Shown in pieces: positions 11,396-23,551 of a stretch of 64,000 nucleotides of DNA (its first letter is position 1; each line of letters begins with the position of its first letter). Source of the stretch: Octopus sinensis (Eukaryota); the NCBI RefSeq assembly GCF_006345805.1, contig NC_043014.1:30070001-30134000 (forward strand), in the 5' to 3' direction. Made by a program: the position numbers and the translations under genes. The notes below the pieces were generated by a model. It ran no database searches, had not been told where the DNA came from, and worked only from the letters and a program-made list of their open reading frames with translations.

Positions 11396-12417
11396 TAACA
11401 TTGATAACAAAGAGGAGAGTGGAGATTTTATTCACATCCCCAAACTTATTTATTTAAAAATTTTCTACAGCAAATATATCTGACCTACATATGTTTCAAC
11501 TGCAGTTGCTTTGTATGCAGCTTTGCATTCTAGTCATTGCATTTTCATCAAGGGTCCATCTTTGATGAAACTGCAACGACTACAATGCATAATTGCATAC
11601 AAAGCAATGTGCAGTTGCTGCAATCAAAACATACGAAGATCAGCTGCAGTGGCAGCTCTTGTATAGGCACTGCGGAACTACAGCACCCCCTATTTCCACT
11701 CAATATTATTGATAACATTCAATGTAATGAGTCTTCCTTTATACTTGTACATTATATAATCTTTAAGCTTAATGTCAGTAGCCATACCCTAGTTTATGAA
11801 AAAAATTCCAAAACCCTTGTATAGAACTGTGCACTTCACAGTTCCATTGACGTGGTGTTTGGCTGTTGTGCACTTGCTCACATGTCCAAGATAGGAAGCT
11901 GCACTCTAGGAAGAGAGAACACCGTCATTCATGTAGTGCCGACTCTGGTGCGCTGGTGAAAGGTAGTGTTTCTTTTTGACTCCATGTGTGTTGTGCTTAA
12001 AAATGCGTTTATATCCTTGAATGTGATAAAATGTAGCATTAAATTATTATCCTGCTTCCAGCTACAGTGTTGCAACCAGGACTTGAAAAATAGGGCAAAT
12101 TTTCCCCCTTATTTTGTGATTTAGGGGGGATTTTTGAAAAACAAGGGGGAATTCACAACAGTGTTCAGTGAACAAATTAAACACACTACTCGGCAGTAGC
12201 TAAAACGCAAACCGATCAAGTTTTTGTATAAATTTTTTTTTTATGTTTGTTTCCTTTTACACAGTATTAAAACAACAAAGATTTTCCAAACCAGCTACCC
12301 CACTAATTTTATCTACGAGCTGCCACTGATCAGCTGCATTTGCAGTAGAAAACTTTTAAATAAAGAAGTTTTGGGATGGGAATAAAATCTCCACTCTGCT
12401 CATTGTTATCAATGTTA
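11396..12417. mobile_element. Non-autonomous TIR element (~85-bp TIRs, TA-flanked) with internal palindrome
   Basis: 11398-11483 and 12330-12415 are inverted copies (acattgataacaa.gag.agagtggagattttatt...), each bounded by TA. An imperfect hairpin lies at 11497-11617. Confidence 0.7.
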
Positions 12418-12469
12418 GATATATATAAATGTGCATGTGTGTGTGTGTGTGTGTCCTCGCACAAACACG

Positions 12470-12680
12470 CATCATCATTATTATCATCACCATCATTTAA
12501 CATCAGTTTTCCAAGCTGGCATGGGTTGGGCAGTTTGACCAGAGGTTGAGAGCTGTAACAGGTTCCAGTCAAATTTGACTTGGTTTCTATGGCTGGATGC
12601 CCTTCTTAATGCCAACCACTTTACAGTGTGTCCTGGGTGCTTCTTACCTGGTACCAGTATGAGTGTTTTTCAGGTGGACA
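12470..12680 (-). mobile_element. RTE-type 3'-UTR tail fragment
   Basis: catcatttaacatcagttttccaagctggcatgggttgg...ggatgcccttcttaatgccaaccac. Confidence 0.7.
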
Positions 12681-13176
12681 GGAATGGGTGTTTTTTAAGT
12701 GGAGTGGCACACGTGCTTTTGACATGGACTGGTATGAGGGCTTTTGCAAAGCAAAAAACTCTTCAGCTGGGGTGGGGGTGGGGGGGGGGACATTAACAAT
12801 TCTGCTGAGGTGAGTGGGTTTTCTTGAGTTTTGTAAGGCACAAGATATCTTGGTCCTTTGTCATCTTCGTAAGTCTCAGTGTCCTGAGATCAGCCTTCAG
12901 TGCTTCATACATCTATATGTGTTGTGCATTTGTGTTTGTTGTTTGTCCCCCACCACAGTTTGACAACTGGTGTTCATTTGTTTAAATCTTTTGAAATTAG
13001 CAGTTTGGCAAAATTGGTAACAATCTATGAGTAACCTTATGGGTAACAATCTATGGGTAATCCACCACGGTGAATTCCACCATGGTAAATAATCATGCTA
13101 ATAATCACGGTGGTCAGTTTCTCTAGGCCATGGGTCAATACCTATGCTATTTAATCTGTCTGTCTCTCAAGTCTTA

Positions 13177-13238
<62 letters not shown>

Positions 13239-13484
13239 TTCTGAAGGTGAGATAGAAAATAATCTTTATAATCTACTTGAATTGAGATAGGATCACTTTA
13301 ACGTACTCCCATTCTTTGTGTGATTGCTCCTTAATTATTTTTTCTCACTTGTATTTTTTTTCCCTCGTAATGTAACTTTCCTTCTAATGTTCAAGTAAAA
13401 TTAATTCAAACTATTTTGAATTGTATGTTGCACTGGGCAAAAAAGAAAATTGATATGCAATTGAATTTTTTTCTCACACACATT

Positions 13485-13523
<39 letters not shown>

Positions 13524-14311
13524 CATATATATATATGTATATGTATCTGTGGGAGGGTGTTTGTGTATGTGTGTATATGTACACAGATCTGCACATATAT
13601 AGTATATACCTGTATATCTATATTTATCTATACATCTGTACATATAAGTATGTGCGTGTATATGTGTGTGTGTGTGCATGTGTGCGTGTATGTGTGCATG
13701 TGTGTGTTTCCATGTTTGACTGTGTAAGTTTACATATATATACATAAACAGATAAATATAGATATAGATACATAAACTTATGCATTATTACATTCATACA
13801 TACACACAAACATAATGTATGTGGGTGGAAATTGAATTTCTTGTGAAAGTAATCCACAGTAAATGACTACTAAAATTCCTATGTCATGTATTAGTGATTA
13901 TGAACAACAAAGACAACAACGTTGACGACAACAACAACAACTGACAGGTGAACTGGAATGTGGAAATATATGCTGAGACTGTAGACGAGGGTGGGCGTGG
14001 GCGTCTTTGAATAATGTCAATAGGTAAACTTACTAGTTGTCCTACGGTTAGACTGGTTTTTAAAAGTAGTTATATTGCCGCAATAATGATTTTCGTTACA
14101 AAGGCCTTGAAATGTATTCATATTTCTTTGCAAGGAAGACTGTGAGTTGGCAGAATTGTTAGTAGGCTAGACAAAATGCTTAGTGACATTTCATCTGTCT
14201 TTACATTCTGAGTTCAAATTCTGCCATGGGTGGCTTTACCTTTCATCCTTTCAGGGTCAATAAAATGAGTATCAGTTGAAGACTGGGATCAATGTACTCA
14301 CCTTATCAATG

Positions 14312-14806
14312 TAATCCTACTGCTTTTCAGAGGGTACAGGCCAAAGTGGTTCCCCAGGACAGCCCGTGTCAATAACAACCAGAGCACAGACCAGGTGACA
14401 ATATTTTTTGCTGACCTTGTGGCAAAATTTGAAACCAAGGGCAGTTGAATGAATCACAATGAACTTCTGTCATTAATTTTCATGATGCCTGGCTGATATA
14501 CAGCAAAATTAAACCCAGCAAAATCTGAAATGTAATTTTGTGAAGCCAGGATATTTATTACTTTAAAAAAACTGTTAAGGTAAAATGAGGATCAGAGCTT
14601 CTCTACAGGATCTCCAAGACTCATGGATGGACACTAATCACTGCTTTCAGTCTGCAAGTGACCCAGGTGGAAGCATGGTGTTAGAAGTGGGTTTATTTGA
14701 AAGCAGAAAAAAAAATTGTCACATGGTCTGTGCTCTAGTTGTAATTGACACAGGCCCTCTGTGGGGAACCATTCCTGCCTGTAAACTATGAGAAGAAGTA
14801 GGATTA
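14312..14806. repeat. Inverted pair of ~95-bp repeats
   Basis: 14312-14408 (taatcctactgcttttcag...gtggttcccc...agagcacagaccaggtgacaat) is a diverged reverse complement of 14709-14806. Confidence 0.7.
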
Positions 14807-14869
14807 TTCAAACAAAGGTGCTGTAGGTAAAAGTGTGTCATGATGTCAAGTTAAACTAGAGAGAGCTGT

Positions 14870-15065
14870 ATTATTATTATTCTATGTTTGACTTTTGCTT
14901 TACATTTGTACAAGTTGGCTTCAAGTCTCACCCAGAGACTTCAGGAGACAACAAGTTGGAAGTTCATGTCGGTGTTATGCCTAGGGTGCCATATATTTGG
15001 TTTTGTACTTAGTAAATCATAAGAAAATTATGTTTGTTTTAAAACTTGAGATTACATAGAAAGTA
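14870..15065 (-). mobile_element. Non-LTR 3'-UTR fragment with (TAA)n tail (RLE-type, tentative)
   Basis: Minus strand has gtctctgggtgagacttg followed by a taataat tail. The same motif occurs on the plus strand at ~60480-60540. Confidence 0.5.
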
Positions 15066-15069
15066 TTAT

Positions 15070-15074
15070 TATTA

Positions 15075-15112
<38 letters not shown>

Positions 15113-15595
15113 ATTATTATTATTGAGTGAGAGAGCAGTTCATGCCATCAAAGTGACACTGGGGTAAAATATACGAAGCCCAATATACCCATCATGACTA
15201 CCCGTCTGATAAAGGTACACCAGGCACATGCATCACAACCATATGTGCGCGACATGGTGATCTCATATCAAGATAAACAGCACATGACCTTGCAAGTGGG
15301 GCCCAGTTAGAATTTTCTTCAGGTTGAGTATCCCATCCCGCTCAAACGGTCCCTGAATAAGAGTTGTTTAAGGATGTTGAAAGAACCACCCATGTTTCCA
15401 GAGGTGAACTATTCAAACCCCAAAGAATCCCTCTCAACACATTGCTATGATGCTCCCCCACTACTTCTGCTCGTGATCAGAGATGCACATATCGTCAGCC
15501 ACTAAGGGACATGCTCAACTGGTTAAGGTCAAACAACTGACAAGCAAATCTGTGGTATTGAGCAGAATATTTGCTGTAGCCCATCTTTTATACCA

Positions 15596-15600
<5 letters not shown>
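15070..15600 (-). mobile_element. Interspersed retroposon-like repeat with long (TAA)n tail
   Basis: ~480-bp complex body between (TTA)n tracts. On the minus strand it ends ctctctcactcaataataataa. Confidence 0.55.
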
Positions 15601-15631
<31 letters not shown>

Positions 15632-15632
15632 G

Positions 15633-15971
15633 AGTGTTAGGGTTACTTAGGGTTAGGATAAGGGTTAGGGGTGGGGGAAGGGTATCTTTTTTCTTCACAA
15701 ATGTAAATAAACCCAATCTGTTTCTTAAAGGAGGGACATATTCATTATGCACAGAATGTTATTTACCTAAATGGATGCCAGTGATTGGTTAAAATTGCCG
15801 AAATGCTCGAAATTAAAGATAAAATATGTTACAAACTATAGAATTTTCTCAAGAAAGCCAAGAGAAAATGATTTTTTATAAACACATTCTACCAGTATAT
15901 GAAGTTTAAAATTCTTTAGTTACCTAGAAATTATGTTACAAACTGCCGTTCAAACCGAAAAGATCCTAACA
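15633..15971. repeat. Unclassified repeat with TTAGGG-like tract (copy 2, inverted relative to 458-870)
   Basis: gttagggttacttagggttagg...caaaccgaaaagatcctaaca. Confidence 0.75.
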
Positions 15972-16725
15972 TTTTTCTCTTAATACTTTTTATATAGTGG
16001 TCACAGGAAGCTCTGGCTTTCGTTAGGATTGGTCCATATAACCATTCATGATACAGAGGCTGGGATCCTATTTCAGTTCGGGAGTGAATCATCATCAAAT
16101 GTCACACAAGCATGTCATATAGCTGCAATAGAATGGTGTATCCCCCCCAATTGTAATGTAATTTCTCTAAGACATCACCCAGTAATCTATCAAGTCTATT
16201 TACACATTTCTCAATAAATATTGCTGTTATGACTTCCCTCCTTCATATTATGCCTCCATCATAGATGGGTAGATTGGCTAGTAACCTTAATAGTAAGAGT
16301 ACTGACAGCAGTTTTTACTGGGATTGCTAATCATCAATGGCTTGATATAGGTCAACCCTTTGAAAAGAATATGAAAAAGACATACTACAAAGAAGGACAG
16401 TGTATTTTTTGCCAAAAGGAAGTCATTAACGTTTTTATACATCAGCTGTTAAATTTCAATATCTGAACATTTCCTCATGTTCATGTGGTAGAAAGTTTAT
16501 TATTTTTTTTTTGTCTCTGTATAGTCTGACAAGCTGTCCACAAAGTTGTGGCTTCCGTGGATGTGAAACCTTTGGTAACTCTATGATCTAAATTTAACAT
16601 TTTGTTTTAATATATACATGTATGTGTGTGTACGTATATGTAGATGGTTATATAGGTATATACGTGCACTTTATATATTACATGTATGGGGGAGCATGTA
16701 CATGCTTACATATATATAAAGTACA

Positions 16726-16940
16726 TGGACTGAAGCACGCCGGGCGAAATGCATAGCCGTATTTCGTCTGTCGTTACGTTCTGAGTTCAAATTCCGCCGA
16801 GGTCGACTTTGCCTTTCATCCTTTCGGGGTCGATGAATTAAGTACCATTTACACACTGGGGTTGATGTAATCGACTAAATCCCTTTGTCTGTCCTTGTTT
16901 GTCTCCTCTGTGTTTAGCCCCTTGTGGGTAGTAAAGAAAT
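16726..16940 (+). mobile_element. SINE family B, slightly 5'-truncated, 16-bp TSD
   Basis: TSD atatatataaagtaca at 16710-16725 and 16941-16956. Confidence 0.9.
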
Positions 16941-17974
16941 ATATATATAAAGTACAGGTGGAGTATGAATGTGTTCACATACTTTCACCATTGCTTGTGG
17001 CCACTTAGGGCCCAGCCCCAAATCCCCACTTCTTCCTTATCTCCTCTTACTCTGTCTGATTCTAAGTTACACTTCTCTTATATCCACCTTTCAGTAACTT
17101 GATGGTATGTCCTGACATCTCATCCTCACCATCTTGCTTTTTCCAGATAGGTAACTATGTATTTCCTCCACAGCAGGACATCTGTTCCCCATCTCTCTAT
17201 TGTAATTTTACCTCTCGTCATCTGGCATAAGGCTGCTTCTCTCAATAACTACACCCAAACTCATTTGAGGTGTCTTGTTGTGTGAGTTACTTGGTGACCT
17301 CAGTGATGCTGGTGACATGAAAAAAGGCATCCAGTACACGCTGTAAAGTGGTTGGTGTTTGGAAAAGCATTCACTCATAGAAAGAGGATGTTAAACAATG
17401 ATGATGGCAATTATGATGTACAACTGTGTTTGTATGTGTGTTTAAGTGTGTGTGTGTGTGTATGTGAGTATTGATTTATGTTAGTTAAATAGGAAAGACA
17501 TTCTCTTCTTGAATGAAATTACATTGAGCTTTTGTCGTATTTGTTGTACCACAAAATCAGCAAATGACATCAGTTCATCATTGTAGCCATATTGTAGCAA
17601 CCAGTTTCTTTGACCAAGGTCCAGAACCATATCCTAGTTGGCTGGGTATCATTGTCATAGCAACCGGGATACTTTAACATAACAATCGCAGGGAGAGGGG
17701 TAGTTTTCTGGTGGTGGAGATGGGATTCTTTGTTTTTCTTTTTGTGTCAATGGTATTTTCCATTGTTTATAAATTCCTGACTGATGTGATGTTTTTCAGC
17801 ATGTTATCTCAAGATGAGGGAATGAATTCTGCTGCACTGTTACTAGTACAAACAAATACTAATTACTAGTACAAACAAATTAACATGTTTTAGCTAATTG
17901 GTCTACTCGTGTTTTTTGCTGTCTTTTTTGCCCTCTCTCTTTCTCATTCTTTCTCACTCTCTCTATATCTGATC

Positions 17975-18017
17975 TCTCTCTCTCTCTATCTATCTCTCTC
18001 TATCTATCTATCTATCC

Positions 18018-18075
<58 letters not shown>

Positions 18076-18095
18076 TTAATTATCTATCTATCTGT
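17975..18095. repeat. (CT)n/(CTAT)n microsatellite
   Basis: Read directly from the sequence. Confidence 0.95.
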
Positions 18096-18404
18096 CTCAA
18101 TCTCTCTTTCTCCCTCTTGGTAAACAGGACAAAAGATAAATGGTGATCAGCTTCTCACCACACCTACCCTTCACCCAGTTTCCTACCACCACCATTACCA
18201 TTATCATCACAGCCACCACCACCACCACCACCACCACCGTCACAACCACCACTGCTGCCACCTCCAGCAGCAATGCCACTGCTGCCACCTCCAGCAACAA
18301 TTCCACTGCTGCCACTCCCACTCCCACCACCACCACCACAAATCCTGCTGTAAGCATGCCATCACTACTACTACTGCTGTTCATGGGATAAAAAAATTGT
18401 AAAC

Positions 18405-18665
18405 TCTACAGACTCTTGGGTGCCTCCAGAGCGTCAGCTGCGGGGTCACTCCGAAAAGGAGAGGGGCTTTCTCCATACGGGTTGCGGATCCGTGGAATAA
18501 GCTGCTGGATGAGATGGTGAAGATGCCGACGACTACTCGGTTCATAGTCTCCCTTGACCACAAGTGGCCTGGACTCTTTACATGAACACCACCCTGTACA
18601 TAACTCCATGTCCCCCTACATGGCCTTGCTTTTTGCTTTTTGAGCCAAAAATTAACTAACTAGTA
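18405..18665 (+). mobile_element. CR1-clade LINE 3' end
   Basis: PERQLRGHSE..GAFSIRVADPWNKLLDEMVKMPTTTRFIVSLDHKW followed by a short taactaact tail. Confidence 0.75.
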
Positions 18666-19072
18666 ATAATCTAATTTTCAGTTTGTTAGTTTGTGCAGTA
18701 TTGCTGACAGTAGTGGTTGTGCAGTGGTGATGGTGATGGTGGTGGTGGGGACTTTGGCAGTGGCAATGATGGTGGTTTAGGTGGTCATGGCAGTGGTGTT
18801 GGCAGAGGTAGTGGTGGTAGCACTAGTAGCAGTGATGCTGGTGGTCATTGTAGAACTGGTGCGATGGTAGGAGAAAAGTGACTTTGTTATTCTTCCATGA
18901 ATATATCATTATTTTTTGAAAAGTCATATAGTAAGTATGAAATAGACTAGTAAAACACCAAGTTCTAATGATAAATCAAACCAGTGTTCATGACAAAAAC
19001 AATATGTACTAATCATAAAACAAGTTTTCTCTATACTAAAGATAAATATGTTTGGGCCTGGCATATATAATA

Positions 19073-19881
19073 CTAGCAGCATAGCCCGGCGTTGCCCGGG
19101 TTTGTACGAAACTTTGTCGATAAGCAATGCCCTTTACCTTTTTACCCTTTTTTGTACTCATTGAACCGTTATTTTGTAAAATGAAGCCTAAAAGGCATTA
19201 AAGCATTCAAGGCACTGTTCCCTTGCAGGCATGAAGAAAATCTATGACAGTCAAAATGCATTTTCTGGTTTCGTTTAGCACACCCCACCCAGTTCTTAAA
19301 ATATCGCAGAAAAATTGGTTTGCTATGTGCGCCACATATGATGTAATTAACCGATTTTTTCCAGTAATAACGTATCCTATTGGAATCAAAAGGGCCATGT
19401 AGCTCCTTGGAGCAGACATGATGCTCGCTGTGAATTTTTAAAAAATCCCTGCCAATTTGTTAAAGATATTGTTGAAAATATGTCATCTTGAATTTGAACG
19501 CGATTTCCCAAAATGGCATGATTTTATCGATTTTTTTCTGATGGTAAGGTATTGCATGGAAAACTAACGTCAGAATTAAGTTCCTTAGGGTAACATTAAG
19601 CTTCGCCATGAGTTTGGTGAAAATCGATTGCAAGTTGCGAAAACTACAACGGAAAATGTGTTGCATATGATAAGCTTAGATTCTCGACCCCATGTCGAAT
19701 TTATCGATCTTTTTCAGAACTGGGGGAACTTTTCAAAGTTTTCGCTGCGTCAGTTTTGAATTATGACATTGGGATATGTGTGTGTCAAGTTTCATCAGAA
19801 TCGGTTGAAAGCCATGGTCAGGGTGAGGGTACAACCTGACAGACACACAGACAGACAAACTGCCTTTTATATATATAGAGA
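19073..19881 (-). mobile_element. Non-autonomous Helitron (Lep1-like layout)
   Basis: Minus strand reads A|TC...cccgg-gcaacg-ccggg...CTAG|T, with no TSD and an (ACAG)n tract near one end. Termini are shared with 40132-40527. Confidence 0.85.
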
Positions 19882-22029
19882 TTATGAATGAAAACATCTG
19901 ATCACATGATATTGCTCAAATAATTAGTATAAGAGAAAAAAGCTACCTCTGGATGTTTCAAATGTTTAAACAAGCAAGGAAGATCATAGCAATAAATTAA
20001 TAAAAATTTAAGTGAGACACCGAAACAATAGAAAATGACAATATACATGGAACACCTCTCATCGGCAGTGGAAGCCAACACCAGTATAGTTTTAGTTCAT
20101 TTAAACTCTGGAGACTAATTTGTTTAAGATTACTTTCTAGAAATTTTTAACTATATCAGTTGGAGTAGATCTAGTCTCTAAAGCCAAATGGATGCTGTCC
20201 CTACATCCATAATGACCCATCAAGCATTCCTTACATCTTATTTCCCTAACAATCTCTTCCCCACATGCTGGGTACTGCCCTTATACCCTTACCATACTGC
20301 CTAGTCATCTCGTCACCTTACCTACTCTTCCCCCCATCCCGGTAACCATCCCTCCTTAACACATATTACATCCCCTAACTCCTTGTGTTACCAGTTACTA
20401 TCTTCCTTCCTTTCACCCACTTCCACCGCTCATTCTCATTACCATTGCTTTCATGTGTCTCCAGGTCCCCATTCTTTGCATACTGGTTATCATTCTCAGC
20501 ACCCACTCACTATAGCTACCATTTATGTATCTCTCACTCTCACTCTTCATTGCTCCTATGTATTGCTCATCATGTACCCCTGAATTATCATCTCCTATCT
20601 CTCATCTTACCCTGCTGCTCACCTCCTGTTTATCACTCACTACATTTACCTCTACCTCAATCTCTAACTATCATGGTACTCTCTCCTCACACTCTCATAA
20701 CCACTTTCTAAATTCCCATTACACTGTTTGCATCATCTGTTCTTGAGGGCTTTGTTCCAACACCCTATCTCTGCCATTTTACCTTTATCCCACCCTTATA
20801 TAAACATAGAGTAGCCATACATTTTCTCTGTAGTAAAACACCTCTACTTGTCACTCGATACCCTATCAAATAACACCACCACCACCACCACCAACAACAA
20901 CAATACTTAATTGTGAGGGCTTTTCCCTTTCCCAGCATGGCTGAAATCTAATGACTGAAACAGATAAAAGATAGATGATAATTTTCCAATTATAACTCTT
21001 CATTCTATTTAGTTTAAACAAATTACTTTGAGAGTCAGCTTGTCACTTAACAGACGTCTTAGTCATAACTTTATTGTATTTTAGTTAGCTATAATATTTC
21101 CTGTAGAGTATGATATACTTGAATCCATTCATCCATTTACTTTCAGCCACTATTCCTGAGTGGCTTGTGGAGGTAGAGTACCCAGAAACCTCCTCATAGG
21201 GGCCTATCAAAAGTAACCATCAGACTTCCCAGCCTTCTTGTCTTGTAAGTTACATGGCAACCCCACAAGTGCCAGTGACATGAAAAAAAGAACTCAGCAC
21301 ACTCTGTAAAGAGATTTGAGTTAGGAAGGGCATCCAGCTATAGAAATCATGCCAAATTTATCATTGAGTATGATGTAGCCCTATGGCTCATCAGATCGTG
21401 TCAAACCATCTAAGACATGCAAGCATGAAAAACAATGCCAGCATGGAAAATAGATGTTAAATAATGATGATGACGATGGGGGTGATGGTGGTGGTGGTGG
21501 TGGTAGTGGTAGTGGCGGTGGCTTCAGTACTGGCAGCAATGGTGGTGGTTGTTGTTTTTAGTCGTTGTTGCTGTCATCATCATTGTTATGGTGGTGTGGC
21601 GGTGGTGGTGAAGATGACAATGATGATGGTGGTGGTGGTGGTGATGATGATGATGAAGATGACAATAATGATGGTGGTGGTGGTGGTGATGCTGTTGCTT
21701 AATTAGAGGAGGAAAGGAATTGCCTGTGACCTTTGCAGAACTGCCAAAAGAGATAAGGTTGGAAAAAACCATGACTCACGAGTTGATGCAGTAGGAAGGA
21801 GTAATAAAAATCATCAGATTTGAGAGAAAGTCTCAGGTCTGAGGATCATTATACAAATTTGTCACAGAGTTGACTCTACTAAAAATAAGTGAGGGTCAGG
21901 ATTGTGGTGTTAAATTGAGCAGCAGATTAGGTTGGGCACCAAATTAGCTCTTTTTTCAGATATTAATAACAACATCATTACAAACTAAACAATAAAGTGC
22001 TTTCAAAATTAGCAATGTTACTTGACAGA

Positions 22030-22350
22030 GCATGTGGATCAGAGAATCAGGGATCTCTTCACACTGAGTTGCTACTTGTCTGCATTTGGCGGACACAGCT
22101 TTGGTACTATGGATTTGTGATCAAAATGTTGTGGGAAAGAATAACAAGATGGGCTCTTCAAACTGAGCCAACTAGTAGGTGGCTAGGAACAAGATGGTTG
22201 GAGACTATCCATTGTCTTAGTTGGTCATGCTTGAGAATCTGGCTGGAAAGACTGATGGTTGCTTTTGATAGGACCCTATTGAGGAGTTACCTGAGGACTC
22301 CACCTCCACAACCCTCTCAGAAATAGTGGGGGAAGGTGGATGGATGAATG
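22030..22350 (+). mobile_element. Decayed RTE LINE ORF C-terminus
   Basis: QLWYYGFVIKM..ERITRWALQTEPTS...TRWLETIH.LSWS.L...FDR.L.R resembles the RTE C-terminal region. The same family is at 58765-59665. Confidence 0.6.
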
Positions 22351-22431
22351 GATTCAAATATATTATACTCTACAGATAACTATCAAAATATTAAAATAGA
22401 TAACTAAACTACACAGGAGTGGCTGTGTGGA

Positions 22432-22830
22432 GGCGCAGGAGTGGCTGTGTGGTAAGTAGCTTGATAACCAACCACATGGTTCCGGGTTCAGTCCCACTGT
22501 GTGGCATCTTGGGCAAGTGTCTTCTGCTATAGCCCTGTGAGTGGATTTGGTAGATGGAAACTGAAAGAAGCCTGTCATATATATGTATATGTATGTATGT
22601 GTATGTGTTTGTGTGTCTGTGTTTGTACCCCTAGCATTGCTTGACAACCGATGCTGGTGTGTTTACGTCCCCGTCACTTAGCGGTTCGGCAAAAGAGACC
22701 GATAGAATAAGTACTGGGCTTACAAAGAATAAGTTCCAGGGTCGATTTGCTCGACTAAAGGCGGTGCTCCAGCATGGCTGCAGTCAAATGACTGAAACAT
22801 GTAAAAGAGTAAAAGAAAGAGTAAAGAGTA
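22432..22830 (+). mobile_element. SINE family A, near full length (head partly duplicated at 22413-22430)
   Basis: ggcgcaggagtggctgtgtggtaagtagc...gcagtcaaatgactgaaacatgtaaaagagtaaaag. Confidence 0.92.
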
Positions 22831-23138
22831 CAAAAAATTTATAACTAAACCAACTGCTAAGTGACTAGCTAACTCTATCAAAGTAATTTGCTTAAATTAA
22901 GTAAAATGAAGAGTTATAACACTGGTCAACAAAATTAAATGTATTATTGTCATTATGAATGCAAACCAATTTTGTTAGACTAATTTTTTTAGCTGATTTC
23001 AAAATTTTATGCCATTTCTATGCAGCACATATCAGTTTTTCAGTAGATACAAGCAAATATTTACATATTACTTACTGCTTCCCATTTGCTTGGCAGTCAG
23101 TCAGACAGTCATTTAAAGATGTTTTTGTTACTCTCTCT

Positions 23139-23345
23139 CTCTTTTACTCTTTTACTTGTTTCAGTCATTTGACTGCGGCCATGCTGGAGCACCGCCTTTA
23201 GTCGAGCAAATCGACCCCGGGACTTATTCTTTGTAAGCCCAGTACTTATTCTATTGGTCTCTTTTGCCGAACCGCTAAGTGACGGGGACGTAAACACACC
23301 AGCATCGGTTGTCAAGCAATGCTAGGGGGACAAACACAGACATAC

Positions 23346-23387
<42 letters not shown>

Positions 23388-23551
23388 CAACAGGCTTCTT
23401 TCAGTTTCCGTCTACCAAATCCACTCACAAGGCATTGGTCGGCCCGGGGCTATAGCAGAAGACACTTGCCCAAGATGCCATACAGTGGGACTGAACCCGG
23501 AACCATGTGGTTGGTTAGCAAGCTACTTACCACACAGCCACTCCTGCGCCT
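23139..23551 (-). mobile_element. SINE family A, full length, inverted relative to 22432-22830
   Basis: Reverse complement of the family consensus from tail to ggcgcagg head. Confidence 0.92.

Noticed and set aside
14331-14394. Exon-like segment with good acceptor and donor as a host coding exon
   Set aside because: It is part of a repeat with an inverted copy at 14709-14806.
18406-18609. GC-rich minus-strand ORF as a host gene
   Set aside because: The plus strand is a CR1 ORF2 C-terminus (RVADPWNKL).
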